DNA from: Takakia lepidozioides
Lineage: Eukaryota; Plantae; Bryophyta
NCBI GenBank assembly: GCA_030704615.1
Contig: CM060731.1
Span: forward strand, 46,500,001-46,564,000
DNA length: 64,000 nucleotides
Direction of reading: 5' to 3'
Below, in pieces: positions 27,170-39,300 of this stretch. Positions within the stretch are counted from its first letter, which is position 1. Each line of letters opens with the position of its first letter. The translations under genes and the position numbers were made by a program. The notes under the pieces were generated by a model. It was not told where the DNA came from and searched no databases. It saw only the letters and a program-made list of their open reading frames with translations.

Positions 27170-28110
27170 CTGGCTGAATGGATGACACTCAAAATAATGG
27201 AGCTTGAAATCCGGCCCTCTTGGACGAATCTGGGCCCACACTCTATCCCTGCTCCTTCAGCTATCTATGCCTCTGCACAAAATCATGCATACATCCTTGC
27301 CTTCCTGCTAGCAACTGACAATGACAGCCTAGAATTGTTCCAGCAAACACCCCCAACCCTACTTATCAACGAGCAATGAGCTAACTTACAAAATTCAATA
27401 TGCATCTCAGGGCCGAGTCTGATGAGAGGGCAAAACAGGCTGAAATAGGTCGAAGAAGAAGGTGCCCTCACCACATTTGCCTTGACCTTGTGTCATGACC
27501 CATGGAGGATTTGACCGACCATCAACCCAAAAGGACCTCGTGTGTGCTGCTTGTGTCTTGTAGTCAGGTAATGTCGGATTGGTCTGTGAGAACCTGCACC
27601 ACGGTGCAACTGAGCAGACAGACATTGAAACACGGCCTGCTAAGACCAAGCTGACTCTCCCAAGAACCTTGTAAACATCAGGAAGAATATCAAATCATGG
27701 TACTAACAGGAGCCAATAGCCCACATTTGCAGGATGGACAAACTTCTTCACATCGTACATTAAGAAAAAGCCACACCTTGCGATTGCGGTTGTCGCACCA
27801 TCGTGAAGGATCTTTAAAAAACTCATGCCAGCTCTGCTCGATGATTCAAATTCAGGGCCAAGTCTGATGAGAGGGCAAAACAGGCTGAAATAGGTCGAAG
27901 AAGAAGGTGCCCTCACCACATTGTCCTCGACCTTGTGTCATGACCCATGGAGGATTTGACTGACCATGAACCCAAGAGGACCTCTTGTGTGTGCTGCTTG
28001 TGTCTGTAGTCAGGTAATGTCGGATTGGTCTGTCAGAACCACCACGGTGCAGCTGAGCGGGTAGAGATTGAAACACGGCCTACTAAGACCAAGCTGAATC
28101 TCCCAAGAAC
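27170..28110 (-). pseudogene. Duplicated exon fragments with OSB-type PDF (ssDNA-binding) motifs
   Basis: Minus-strand peptides IRPRGPDFKLH (~27230-27195), TNPTLPDYKTQAAHTRSFWVDGRSNPPWV (~27590-27490) and a near-identical copy at ~27850-28110. These resemble the OSB motif NP.YPDFKHK..GEALW....NP.WV. Confidence 0.65.
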
Positions 28111-28239
28111 GGCGAGTTCCCAGCCGAAACCTCCTCGGACACATACCCTAGCACCTCCTCACACACATACCCTAGCATTTCTAGGATGTTTGCTTCAGAT
28201 GCGAAGGTTGCTCCAACTGCGGGCCTCCCATGCATGTTT

Positions 28240-28800
28240 CACTACAACAGATCGTGGTATATATGACTATATATATGACTATCCCGTAGTCATAAACGGT
28301 ACATATGACTTCTATGACTTTAAGTCGTGCAAATCAAGTCAATACAATGAGTACAGTATGGTCGGTCATGGATGACTGCAGTCAGATGAACCAAGTGATA
28401 CATCTTATTGTCATGTGGCAGTCATACGTACTTCTACCATACATGACTTAGTGTGTTGCTGCAAACTGTACACGTGTCTCTTTCTAATAAGTCTAGGAGG
28501 TTTTGTGGATGTGCGCCATATGGCGTCTCCCGAAACTGCCACGTGGCATATCCTTGAGGAGGATCTGCAGTCATTATCCTGACTACAACCATGCTAATAT
28601 ATGGATACGTGGCATATAATGAGGAGGTCTTGCAGTCATTGTCATGACTACAAACATCCTGATATGTGGACACGTGGCATGTATTGAGGAGGTCTTGCAG
28701 TCATGATCCTGACTATGACATGCTAATATATGGACACGTGGTGTCATATGAGGGGTTGTTTTGAACTTTTAAATGTATTGGACAGGCAGAGCCACGACTA
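28240..28800 (+). mobile_element. CACTA (En/Spm)-like terminus with subterminal repeats, truncated
   Basis: CACTACAACAGA at 28240, followed by dense TATGACT/AGTCATA repeats and ~60-bp repeats (ACGTGGCATAT...GAGGAGGTCTTGCAGTCAT). No matching right end was found. Confidence 0.65.
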
Positions 28801-29129
28801 TGCTTATCTCATTAGGGTTCGTAGAGATTAGGGTTAGTATTATTCAATACTAAACAAAGAGAAGAACAAAGGGAAGAACAAAGACACAAAAAATGACTTT
28901 GCTTTATTCACAAGCAAGAATCACAGGAAAGAACATAAAAAGACAACAGTAGATGTAAGAGCTTCTCTTAAACTACTGCCAGTCAAATTTACAATATAGC
29001 ACCTTGAGTCCCTCTGCTCCTCAAACAATAGTATGACAAAGTGCAAAGGACACTACATATGCACTGAAAATAACAACAGATGTAAAATGCGTATGCATTT
29101 CCACAACATAACAACAAATCAGCAGGATA

Positions 29130-29535
29130 GGGTGCACCCACATTTTGCATGTACATGTCCACAAGGGTATTGTTCAGAATGACATTTGGTAAAATTCCAG
29201 CCCTGACAATGTTGCCATGGACTTCCGTGCCATTTCCAGAGCTATCAGGCTTGCACATGCATTGCAAATGCACAAAAATGTGATGTGGTCAGGCTTCACC
29301 CTTTCCCCCATCATTTGATCATAGGTCTCCAAAGCCTCCATACCACGTCCGGCCTGCTATGCATACCCTGCAAGCATCGCGTTCCATGACACCACATCTC
29401 GTTCAGCCATAGTGTTGAAAACTCCCTTCGCATCCTTAACGCACCCACATTTGGCATACATGTCACCAGGGCAGTGTTCATAATGACATCCGGTACAATT
29501 CCAGCTTTGACGATGTCACCATGGACCTCTTTCTG
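29130..29535 (-). pseudogene. PLS-class PPR fragment
   Basis: [52 protein letters not shown], then EVHGNIVRAGILPNVILNNTLVDMY; frameshifted. Confidence 0.85.
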
Positions 29536-30950
29536 GCCCTCTTGGATGAATCTGGACCCACACTCTATCCCTGCTCCTTCAGCTATCCATGCCTATGCAT
29601 AAATCATGTATACATCCTTGCCTTGCTGCTAGCAGCTGACGATGACAGCCTAGATTTATTCTAGGAAACACCCAACTCAACTTATCACACTAGTTCCTAT
29701 GCTCAATTGCATCTTCTACTCTCTATAATCAGACAGACATTCACCTTATTGCCTGGATTGTCCCACCATTGACTGGGTAAGAAAAGTATTCATTCCACAG
29801 CTTCTCCTCATCTCTGTTACCTGTTTCTGGATGCTATCCTGTTGTCACTTGTCATGGCAGTATCATGTCAAGTCACTCCAAACTATCAAAGGTTCACTCA
29901 ACCACCTAGCATGCAGAATTCAACATGGAAACTTAGGGTCCTGATAAGAAGGAAAAACAGGGTGAAATGTGTTGAAGAAGGTGCCTTCATTAGTAGTGCC
30001 TGATTTATCAATTCCACCGCTACTGCTGCAGCTTCCAATTGACCATCTATCCATGCAGGTTGCTAGTAGCTATTGATCCACAGGGAATCATAGGAGCTTG
30101 AAGTCCAGCCCTCTTCGATGAATCTGGATCCACACTCTATCCATGCTCCTTCAGCTATCCATGCCTGATCTGCACAAATCATGCAATCATCCTTGCTTTG
30201 CTGCTAGCAGATGACAATGAAAGCCTCGAATTGTTCTGGGAAACACCCAACTCAACTTATCACACCAGTTCCTATGCTCAATTGCATCTTCTACTCTCTG
30301 TAATCCAATAGGCATTCACCTTTTTGCCTTGATTGTCCCACCGTTGACTGGGGTCAAAAAAGTATTCACTCCACAGCTTCTTGAGGTCTCCGTTACCTGT
30401 TTCTGGATTCTTTCCTGTTGTCACATTGGCAGTATCATGTCAAAAGTCAATCCAAACTACAAAGGTTCACTCAACCAGCTAACTTGCAGAATTCAACATG
30501 AAAATTTAGAGCCGCTACTGATAAGAGGGAAAAACAGGGTGAAATGTGTTGAAGAAGGTGCCTTCATTAACAATGCCTGATTTTATCAATTCCGCCACTG
30601 CTGCTGCAGCTTCCAGTTGACCATCTATCCATGCAGGTTTCTTGTAGCTATTGAACATGAAAATAGAGTGCCATCTCTGATAAGAGGGAAAAACAGGTGA
30701 AATGTATTGAAGAAGGTGCCTTCATTAACAATGCCTGATTTTATCAATTGTGTCGCTGCTGATGCAGCTTCCACTTGACCATCTGTTTCTTGTACTTGTC
30801 CTTCCACAGGGAATGATATGTAATCTGGAGCTTGAAACCCGACCTTCTTAGATGAATCTGGACCCCCACTCTATCCCTGCTCTTCAGCTGTCCATGACTC
30901 TACACAAATCATGCATACATCCTTGCCTTGCTGCTAGCCGCTGACATGGA
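29535..30950 (-). pseudogene. Tandemly amplified OSB-type PDF-motif exon/intron units
   Basis: Repeated ~560-bp unit: an exon ending KLWNEYF..QWWDNPGNK|gtgaat, an intron, then cag|IH.R..(D/G)FKL...SLW...PAWIDGQLE. About 2.5 copies, with stops and frameshifts. Confidence 0.65.
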
Positions 30951-30984
30951 AGTAAAGCTAACTTCTAATCAATGCCCGTTGCAG

Positions 30985-31206
30985 GTATATTTCATTGAAA
31001 CATTGCAAGAGTTGACAAGGGTGGATGCTGTAACCAAGACACCAGTCATCCATCATTTTTCAGAGACAATTGCTAGGCTTGTGACTATCACATGCTTTGG
31101 GCAGCAAGAACAGTTTTCCCTGCCCACCATTTTCCATGTGGAATTTAGTCTACGCATGGACTTTTGACACAACAATGCAGCCAATGAATGGATTGGTTAC
31201 CGGTTG
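30985..31206 (+). pseudogene. Single-exon fragment of an ABCC (MRP-type) ABC transporter
   Basis: gcag|VYFIETLQELTRVDAVTKTPVIHHFSETIA...RMDF.HNNAANEWIGYRL matches the second transmembrane domain of plant ABCC4/14-like proteins. Confidence 0.85.
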
Positions 31207-32122
31207 TGTTCAGAATGACTCTGGTACAATTCCAACTTTGATGATATCCCCATGCACGTCTTTGCCCTTTTCTCGGGCTTCACCCCTACCCCCATCATTT
31301 GCTCAAGGTCTCCAAAGCCTCCATCCCACGTCCCCGCTGTGCATACCCTGCAAGCACGCACTCCACGACACCACATCTCGTTCAGCCATAGTGTTGAACA
31401 CTCCCTTTGCATCCTCAATGCACCCACATTTTTCATACATGTCCACTAGGGTATTGTTCATAATGACATTTGGTACAATTCCGGCTCTGAAGATATCGCT
31501 ATGGACCTCTTTCCCCTTTTCCAGAGCTGCCAGGGCAGTGTTCAGAATGACATTTGGTACAATTTCAGCTTTGATGATATTGCCATGCACCTCTTTGCCC
31601 TTGTCCAGGGCTCGATGCACCCACTTTGCATACATGTCCACCAGGGTATGGTTCAGAATGACATTTGGTACAATTCCAGCTCTGAAGATGTCACCATGGA
31701 CCTCTTTCCCCTTTTTTGAGCTGCCAGGGTAGTGTTCAGAATGACATTTGGTACAATTCCAGCTTTGATGATATCCCCATGCACCTCTTAGCCCTTGTCT
31801 AGGGCTTGATGCACCCACTTTGCATACATGTCCACTAAGGGTATGGTTCAGAATGACATTTGGTACAATTCCAGCTCTGAAGATGTCACCATGGACCTCT
31901 TTCCCCTTTTCCAGAGCTGCCAGGGCAGTGTTCAGAATGACATTTGGTACAATTCCAGCTTTGATGATATCGCCATGCACCTCTTAGCCCTTGTCCAGGG
32001 CTCGATGCACCCACTTTGCATACATGTCCACCAGGGTATGCCTCAGAATGACATTTGGTACAATTCCAGCTCTGAAGATGTCACCATGGACCTCTTTCCC
32101 CTTTTCCAGAGTTGCCAGGGCA
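31203..32122 (-). pseudogene. PLS-class PPR fragment with ~195-bp tandem amplification of L-motif halves
   Basis: ALEKGKEVHGDIFRAGIVPNVILNHTLVDMYAKW / RALDKGKEVHGNIIKAEIVPNVILNTALA repeated about 3.5 times, then [27 protein letters not shown]. Confidence 0.9.
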
Positions 32123-32469
32123 GTTGTCAAGTTAAATAAACACAGTGTGAAACTAACTAGAATAAAGCTAGTTATTTGTATTTAACACTTGGATTTAGTT
32201 CAAGTGTTAAGTCAGGTGTCAAGTTTAGCTTGACACCTGAACCATCTTATCTTCACGAGAGCGTCAATCGTGCGGCTCAAAGCGCGGTGAAGCCTTCTAC
32301 TGTCTATCAGCTTTGTCATCGTTGTTGCCATCATAAGGCTGACTTAAGCTGCCAACGGTGTGTCTGGCCGAAGTTGGCACGACTGGTTTATGAAGGGAAA
32401 CCACGGACAGCCCGCCTGACCGTGGAGCTGCAAATAAGATAATCTATATTGAGTGAGGTTTCTGGATCG

Positions 32470-33066
32470 AAGGCCGAAAGATGTATAGTGTGCCAGCAAT
32501 GGGAGTAGTCGAATTGGATAAATAGCAACCAGATGTCTTGAGAGGTTGTTCACTGGGTGCCAATCCTAATGTTTGTCTGTACACTCTTTCGAAACCTCCT
32601 TCCGTCAGTAGTCTGGTTATGTAAGTAATCCTTCCCCAGGCAGAGTCTATCATAGAGGGCCCAGCTCGTAAGTGGCCCAGACATCTTCCAACCGTATGCA
32701 TACAGTTGGTCGAGCTCTCAACTATGTGATCTTTGGGACGAGTCATTTCCAACTGCAAGCTGCTATACGGACTACTTGGCTGTCCGCCCAAACAACAGGG
32801 AAGGGCAACAAAGCCAGTCGGCAGTTCATCGACATGTAAGATGCTCTCATACTCCGGAGCTCCATGAGCGGGCTAAGATGCGGCATGCCAGTTAATATTG
32901 CAGGGAGGCGAATTGTGATTAACAGGCTCTTCCGTAACTGGAGCTCCAAAACCCTGGTGCAAAGGGGTCGAACTCTGATGTTGATTGCTAATATTTGGGT
33001 ATGACACAAAATCACTTGAAAGTTGACTAGGCATGTGGCGTGCGGCTGATCAGTTCTGTAGTTCAT
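32470..33066 (-). pseudogene. GEM-like GRAM-domain protein fragment
   Basis: HLRAGPSMIDSAWGRITYITRLLTEGGFERVYRQTLGLAPSEQPLKTSGCYLSNSTTPIAGTLYI matches the start of the plant GEM/GRAM domain. Truncated; 5' extent uncertain. Confidence 0.8.
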
Positions 33067-33639
33067 GGTCTCCTCAAATCATTTTCGAACTCGTGACTAT
33101 GTGTGAATGAGAATGGGGCGTGGCTTGTTCAAAGTTGAATATTGGTGGAAGAGATCGTGCTAGCATCCATCTAAGCTGCTATGGGGCTGTTACGGGATCT
33201 TTTACAAGAGCAGCAGCCATGAGAGAGCTAAATGGAGCAAGCCGTCGTTTCATTTTCATTAATCAAGCTAGATATGGTATCGGCACCAATGGAGGACGAA
33301 TAGCTAGCTCCATCGACGAACCGGCCTGCAATGGTGGAGCTGCGAACAGAATTAGCTTTGATAAGAATTGACGTTGATGGTCTGATGTACCTGGCCCACT
33401 CGCCGTGGCTGGGATACTTAGTCATGGTCTTGTTCAAAATGGTTGAGGGAGAAAGACGATTGTGCGCTGAGGACCGGCAATCCCTACACAACAACCCCGA
33501 AAATTAAGACCTCCAATCTCACGATGCTGCCATCCAAAAAAGAAGCAGGTGCCCTGAGCCACTGGGATATGACCCTTAAATTGCAACAGGTGCCCACCTG
33601 TGTCACTATTAGAATTAGTACTAGAGCCTTATAGTGTCA

Positions 33640-35939
33640 CGTAGGGGAGGTGCACGTTGTGAGTGTCATCACGGAGTTACCCAAGGGTTTTGAGGGGAGT
33701 ATGGCTACAGGCAGTAGCAGTGAGAGTGGGTTCACAAGATGAGGTATTTGGTTCAGACCACCTTCACCTCCATCCTCGACTACTGTAGAGTCCGACACAG
33801 ACCCGGAGGCTTCATCAATAGGGGTGGTAATCGTCTATAGGCGGGCCTTCCAAATGCTGGAACAATCCCTTCCAAGCCATGAATGGGGTGAACAGCTGTG
33901 GATTGCGCATCCGCTGCAAATCACACCAACTGTCGAACTCATGGATAAAGTCATCCAGCTCGATTGTGCCCACAGCTCCAGAGTACCTACGAGGCCCCTT
34001 GGTAGCTCCATACATCTCTTCCATGTCGTCCCACAATAATGGCAAAGAAAACTGAGGACATGAAGCAGAGATTGAGGAGTGGAGGATGTATTGGTCACCT
34101 GACTACGTCTCTATTACTCGAGGCACAACGCGACCAGTAGCGGCATCAGCACCAATATCTCCCACGACCAGCACTAGTAGTGGAACAAGTAGTGCCGGTA
34201 CTTCTGCAAAAGGTGCTACTACTCCTCCTGCCACAACTACAACACATGTGCCTAGATTCAGCCCGGGGGTGGAGTTCTTCCAGGAGTTGCAGAGGAACTA
34301 CCAAGGTGACAGACAGAAAAGCTGCGAAGTTTGCAAGACTTCCAGCGCAAATCCAGTGAGAGCCTGCGAGAGGCCTACACTCGTATGAGGCGCTTGATAA
34401 GTGTGACCCAGGGGGTTACTGAAGCTCAGGCAATCCAGTTCTGGTATGGAATTTTGGACAAGGAGCTCAGGAGAAGGGTGCGGGATGAAACCCTGTTACA
34501 AGCAGCCCAACTTACATTAGCAGATGTGTTTCTGCTGGCTGAGCGGATTGAGCTCAACATGGTGGAGGAGCGAGTTGTTACCATTGGATTTGGCAAGGAC
34601 ATGCCTGCATGAGGCGCAGCTACCAGCCAACAGGCACAAAGGATTGCCCAATAGCGTGGTTAAGGGGGCAAGGTTTCCCAACCCAAATTCCATAGAGCTT
34701 ACAGAGGACCTCAGGTGTAGAGGCCAGTAGCATCTTTTGCAACCCAACAACAACTAGGGGTGATATGTTGGACATGTGGAGGACCTCAGGTCAAGAAAGA
34801 TTGCCCAGAGAGTGGCAAAAGGCCGGCACAAGCACAGCCTGCACAGTTGAAGTGTGGGCATTGTGGCAAGTATAGGCATGGAGATGCCCAGTGTTATGAC
34901 TTGCACCCTGAGTTGCGGCAAGGCCAGTTCCAAGGGAACTATGGTGCCCAAGGGCGAGGTGGAGCACCTCAGAGAGGACGAGGTGGTCAGGCACGAGGTG
35001 TGGGACGAGGGCAAGCACAATATGGCCAATGATATGGAGGTCAGGGCGTTGACCAAGGCATGGCCAACCGGCTTTAGCAACTAGAGCAAAGGCTTGCTGC
35101 CATGGCCACAGCTCAGGTGGTACCAGCTCCAAGACCTGAGGGTCCACCTCCTGTTCCTAAACTTGTGAGCGTCATCCTGACGGAGGAGACATGGGAGGCA
35201 TGGGATTTATGTGTGGGGCAGCACTACCACTAGTGCAGGTGGAGTCTGCTGCAGCCGTCACTCGAGGAGCAGCACGAGTTCCTGAGCCACGAGGTGCAGA
35301 GGTGGAGTTAGATCCACAGCGTGGGGAGGCAAGCCGTCAGGCTAGGTTGCCTCAATCATTCATCTTGGGGGAGACAGTGTCGACGACATCCATGGCACCT
35401 AGTTATCACCCGACAGATACAAAGGCCGTTATTGTGCCATTGGGGAGAGCTACACGTACAACACTAGCACCGGCTGCCAAGGCTAGTGCAACCAGTGTGT
35501 TGTTGGGGGCAGCCACCTCTGTGTGTCAAGCCCCACTGTTCTTGGCAACCATGATCGCGACGCCGGGGGTAAGACCAGCTACAGTGTTCAGACTAGCAGC
35601 AACACTCTGCGAGAGTGGGGAGGTCACTTCATCTTCTGCGGAGTTAGTGGAAGGTATAGGGGCAGAGGGATCCTCGGATTTGAGGGTCAAGACTGCCACG
35701 GCTGCGCCATGGCAAGCTGCAGCTGCCAGGTTGACAGAGCTGTCAGCTAGGCCAGCCTTTGAGCGCGCCATGGTGACACCTGGAGTTGTCTTGTTAGACA
35801 ACCAGGATGGCATTTTCTCTTTGAGTGGACCGGCAGGCAAGGGGTACCGGCCACTGCGGGTCTTGTTGGACTCGGGAGCTCAGCCACTGATGTTGGGCAG
35901 AGCTGCTATTGCAGGTTTGGGCCTCATGTAGGCGGATAT
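33640..35939 (+). mobile_element. Degenerate LTR-retroelement remnant (gag with CCHC knuckles plus aspartic protease), interrupted
   Basis: Gag-like LQDFQRKSSESLREAYTRMRRL; zinc knuckles CWTCGGPQVKKDC and CGHCGKYRHGDAQC; protease-like RVLLDSGAQPLMLG. The block ~33820-34045 is inverted. The sequence is cut off by the next element. Confidence 0.7.
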
Positions 35940-36059
35940 TGTTAGAGGACTGTCGGGGACTTAGACACTTATACGGGATCTGTAGGGTACCCTTAATTTT
36001 TGCACAGACTGAGACCAAGAGGACCTTAGGGGTGACAGCAGCGCACTGTAGAGGGGGGT

Positions 36060-36300
36060 TACACAGCCCAACACAGCCGTCACAGTCGTCACAGCACAGC
36101 CAACACAGCCGTCACATCACAGCCGACACAGCCAACACAGCCCACAGCCAACACAGCCCGTCACAGTCGTCACACACACCGACACAGCCGACACAGCCCA
36201 CAGCACAGCCAGTCACAGCCCGACACAGCCAAACACAGTCGCACAGCCAGTCAAGCCCGTCACAGTTTCACACAGCCAGTCACAGCTTGACACAGCTGTC
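36060..36300. repeat. ACACAGCC low-complexity minisatellite in the putative LTR
   Basis: Dozens of (A)CACAGC(C) units. Confidence 0.9.
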
Positions 36301-39300
36301 ACGATCATAGGGAACGAAGAGTAGGACAGGGAACGACTGTGGGGAACAACACCTGCGAAGGGAACATGTTAGTTCACAGACGACGGTTAGTGAGGGAAAC
36401 GGTTAGAAACGCGGATAGGAAGATAAAGGGAGAAAAAGGAGGAGAAGGGGCTTCGGAGGAGGACTTCTGGTGATAGAGGAGAGGGGATGGGAGAGAGATG
36501 AGAACGGAAGTGAAGATAGAGAGATGATGAGTAGATGCTTGATATAAAGGCTGTAATGATATTGTAGAGCAGATTAGAGACACAATGGCTTCGGCCTGAT
36601 ACCTGATAAATCATAATCTGATACTTTTACGATACAATCACACTGTGTAGAGAGATCTGAGTGAAGCTGTGAAATGAATGGATGAGTGATGGAATCCAAT
36701 AGATTGATAAAGCAAACTGATACTTAATATCAATGGTAAGATAGCTAACATGAATACCAAAAGGGAAACAAATAGGAAACACCCCCATGATACACTAGCT
36801 GTAGGTCATGACTGATTGTTCTGCGCGGGCTGAGTACTTAGAGATTTCCAACTCTTCTCTTGGAGTTTCCGCCTCGAATAGCGAAGGGATGGGTGAGTAA
36901 AAGCCGCGCGACATTTGGCGACCATACTGGGGGACCTGAGACATGAACAACCAGATGTGACAGGCATCTGGTGGGATCATGGTGGTTGGACCATTAAAGA
37001 ATTTGAAGTGAATCAAATTCCCTGTGGAACGAAGGAAGAAAGATTGTCCAAACAATTCTTTCAAAGGTTCTTGGAATTGCCAGACGGTTGTAAAGAAAAT
37101 ATTCTTAAACGAGTGCATGATGCTGATCCAGAATGGGGTCTGGAGAAAGGAGTGATAAAGATTTATCAGGTAGCCTGTAGAGGAAGAGCACGTTGGTTAC
37201 CAACATTGGTTTATGTGATAGCATTGCTATCCATTAAACGAGTAGAGTTTGAAGGCTGGGAAGAAAGAAAGGTGAATGTTTATACTCATATGCATGAAGA
37301 GCTTGTACTGGTAAAGAATTGGATTCCAAAGGATATTTTGTGGATCAAACTCACACCAAGAACAGCTTTTCAGACTTGTTTGCCATATGGTTATATGGTA
37401 ACGGAGACTTCAAGTATAGCCAAGGGTGCATTGAAGCTTGAAAGAAACCCAGGCATATACGAGAGATATTACAGAAGAGAGTTTTGGTTATTGCCACATT
37501 AAAAGAAATGAAAGACATGGGACATGAGTGATGAAAGAGAAGCTAGACGACAGAGATATTCAGCAAAAGAGAAAGCTATCTGAAAGCTAATTATCCATAT
37601 CTTTGGGAGAGAGGAATAGACATAGGGGAATCATCTGGACCTCTCACACCATTAAGATCAAAGAGTACATCACCTATACCGGAAGAACTAGAGTTGGATG
37701 CCACTCCTTCTGTTTCTTTGCAAGAAAGATTAAGGGAATTGGTACAGGAAGAAGATCAATCACGAGGTGAAAGATCTGAGGTACATCCTTGGATAAAAGA
37801 CTTGACAGAAATCTTTGATAAGAGTTGGCATGGAACACCAAAAGCAGGAACTCCAGTTTCTGAAGCAGAAGGTGAAGAAGGAGAAGAGGATGTGGCAGAG
37901 CCAACGGAGAGTTCAGACTCTCCAACACCATTACAGTTGAGTTACATGAGTGAAGAAGAAACCCAAGGGCAGAACTTGGAGGATGAAAACAGAGAGAAGA
38001 AATTAGAAGAGGAAGAATATGAAGAAGTAGACCCAACAGCTGAGGTTGAGACTACAACCAGGACATCCCAACCCGTTGGACCTGGATCAAGTGGAGCACT
38101 TGGATCACAGGCCAACGAAGGTGTCGGCTCAGGGGGATCAGGCGGGCTGCCTGGATCTGGCTCTGGGGGGACAGGGAGTGTGGGAAGTAGTGCAACTGAA
38201 GCTGGGAATACTGTGAATATCGTGGGGCCAGAAGCAAGGAGTGCTCAAGGGCCACCACTTGGTGGAAGATCCACCACAAAAACAACAGGTCCAGAAGGAC
38301 CAGCACCAGCAAGGGTGCCAGCACCTGTCAGTGGGCAGAAGGTAGGGCCACAGATGGCGTTACAACCAACACGGGCAAAACCACCCTTTCCAATATATTC
38401 AGGAAAAGGGGATCCCGATGTACATTAGCCAATTTGAGCACATGTGTATAGTGAACAATGAGAATGGCGATGATGCCAAGATGAGACTGTTTCCTTGTTC
38501 ACTTATCAAGAAAGCAAGTGAATGGTATGCAAGATTCCCTGATAATCATTTCCTAACCTGGAATGGCTTGAATACAGCATTTCGAAATAGGTTCAGGACA
38601 AGTAAAACTGAGGATGAAGTGTATGGAAGTTTACAACAGCTGAAGCAGAAGAAGCATGAAACTGTTGAAGAGTATATGGAGAAGATGGAATTGATGATGA
38701 AAAAGCTGGCTGCAGTACCAGCGCCCGGTTTACAGAAGACTTGGTTTGTGAGTGGACTAAGACCAGAGTTGCAAAAGAAAGTGGATATGTTACCCCATAA
38801 TACAGTGGAGGAGGCATTTGAAACTGCGAACAGAATTGAGCAATTGGGAATGCTCAGGAGAGAGAAAAAAAAAAAAGATGAGGACTCTGAGGATGAGTCA
38901 GATGAAGAAGAAGAAGAGCAAGAACTAAAAAGAAAGAGTAAGAGAAAGGAGAAGTTGAAGAGGGATAACTATGAAAAAAAATTGGAAGAAATCTTGAAGA
39001 AGTATGCCACAGAGGCTGCAACACATTGGAGGAAGGGTGTATGGTGTGCAAAGTGCCAGAATGAAGGCCATACCACCACAGAATGCCACATGAAGGAGAA
39101 ACACTGTACTATCTGTAAAATGGATAACCATTCTACTGAGAATTGTTACTACAACAGAAGGACAGCTGCAAGAGAACCTAGGCAAGTAAGGGTGCATCAG
39201 GTGCAGCCCCAGCCAAGAAGAAACAATGATCAGGACCACTATGGTAGGTCTGGTGGTTATAACAATGGCATGGAAGGGAGAGGTAATTCAAGAGGGAATT

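Noticed and set aside
31097-32185. Several plus-strand ORFs
   Set aside because: Antisense shadows of the repeated PPR motifs.
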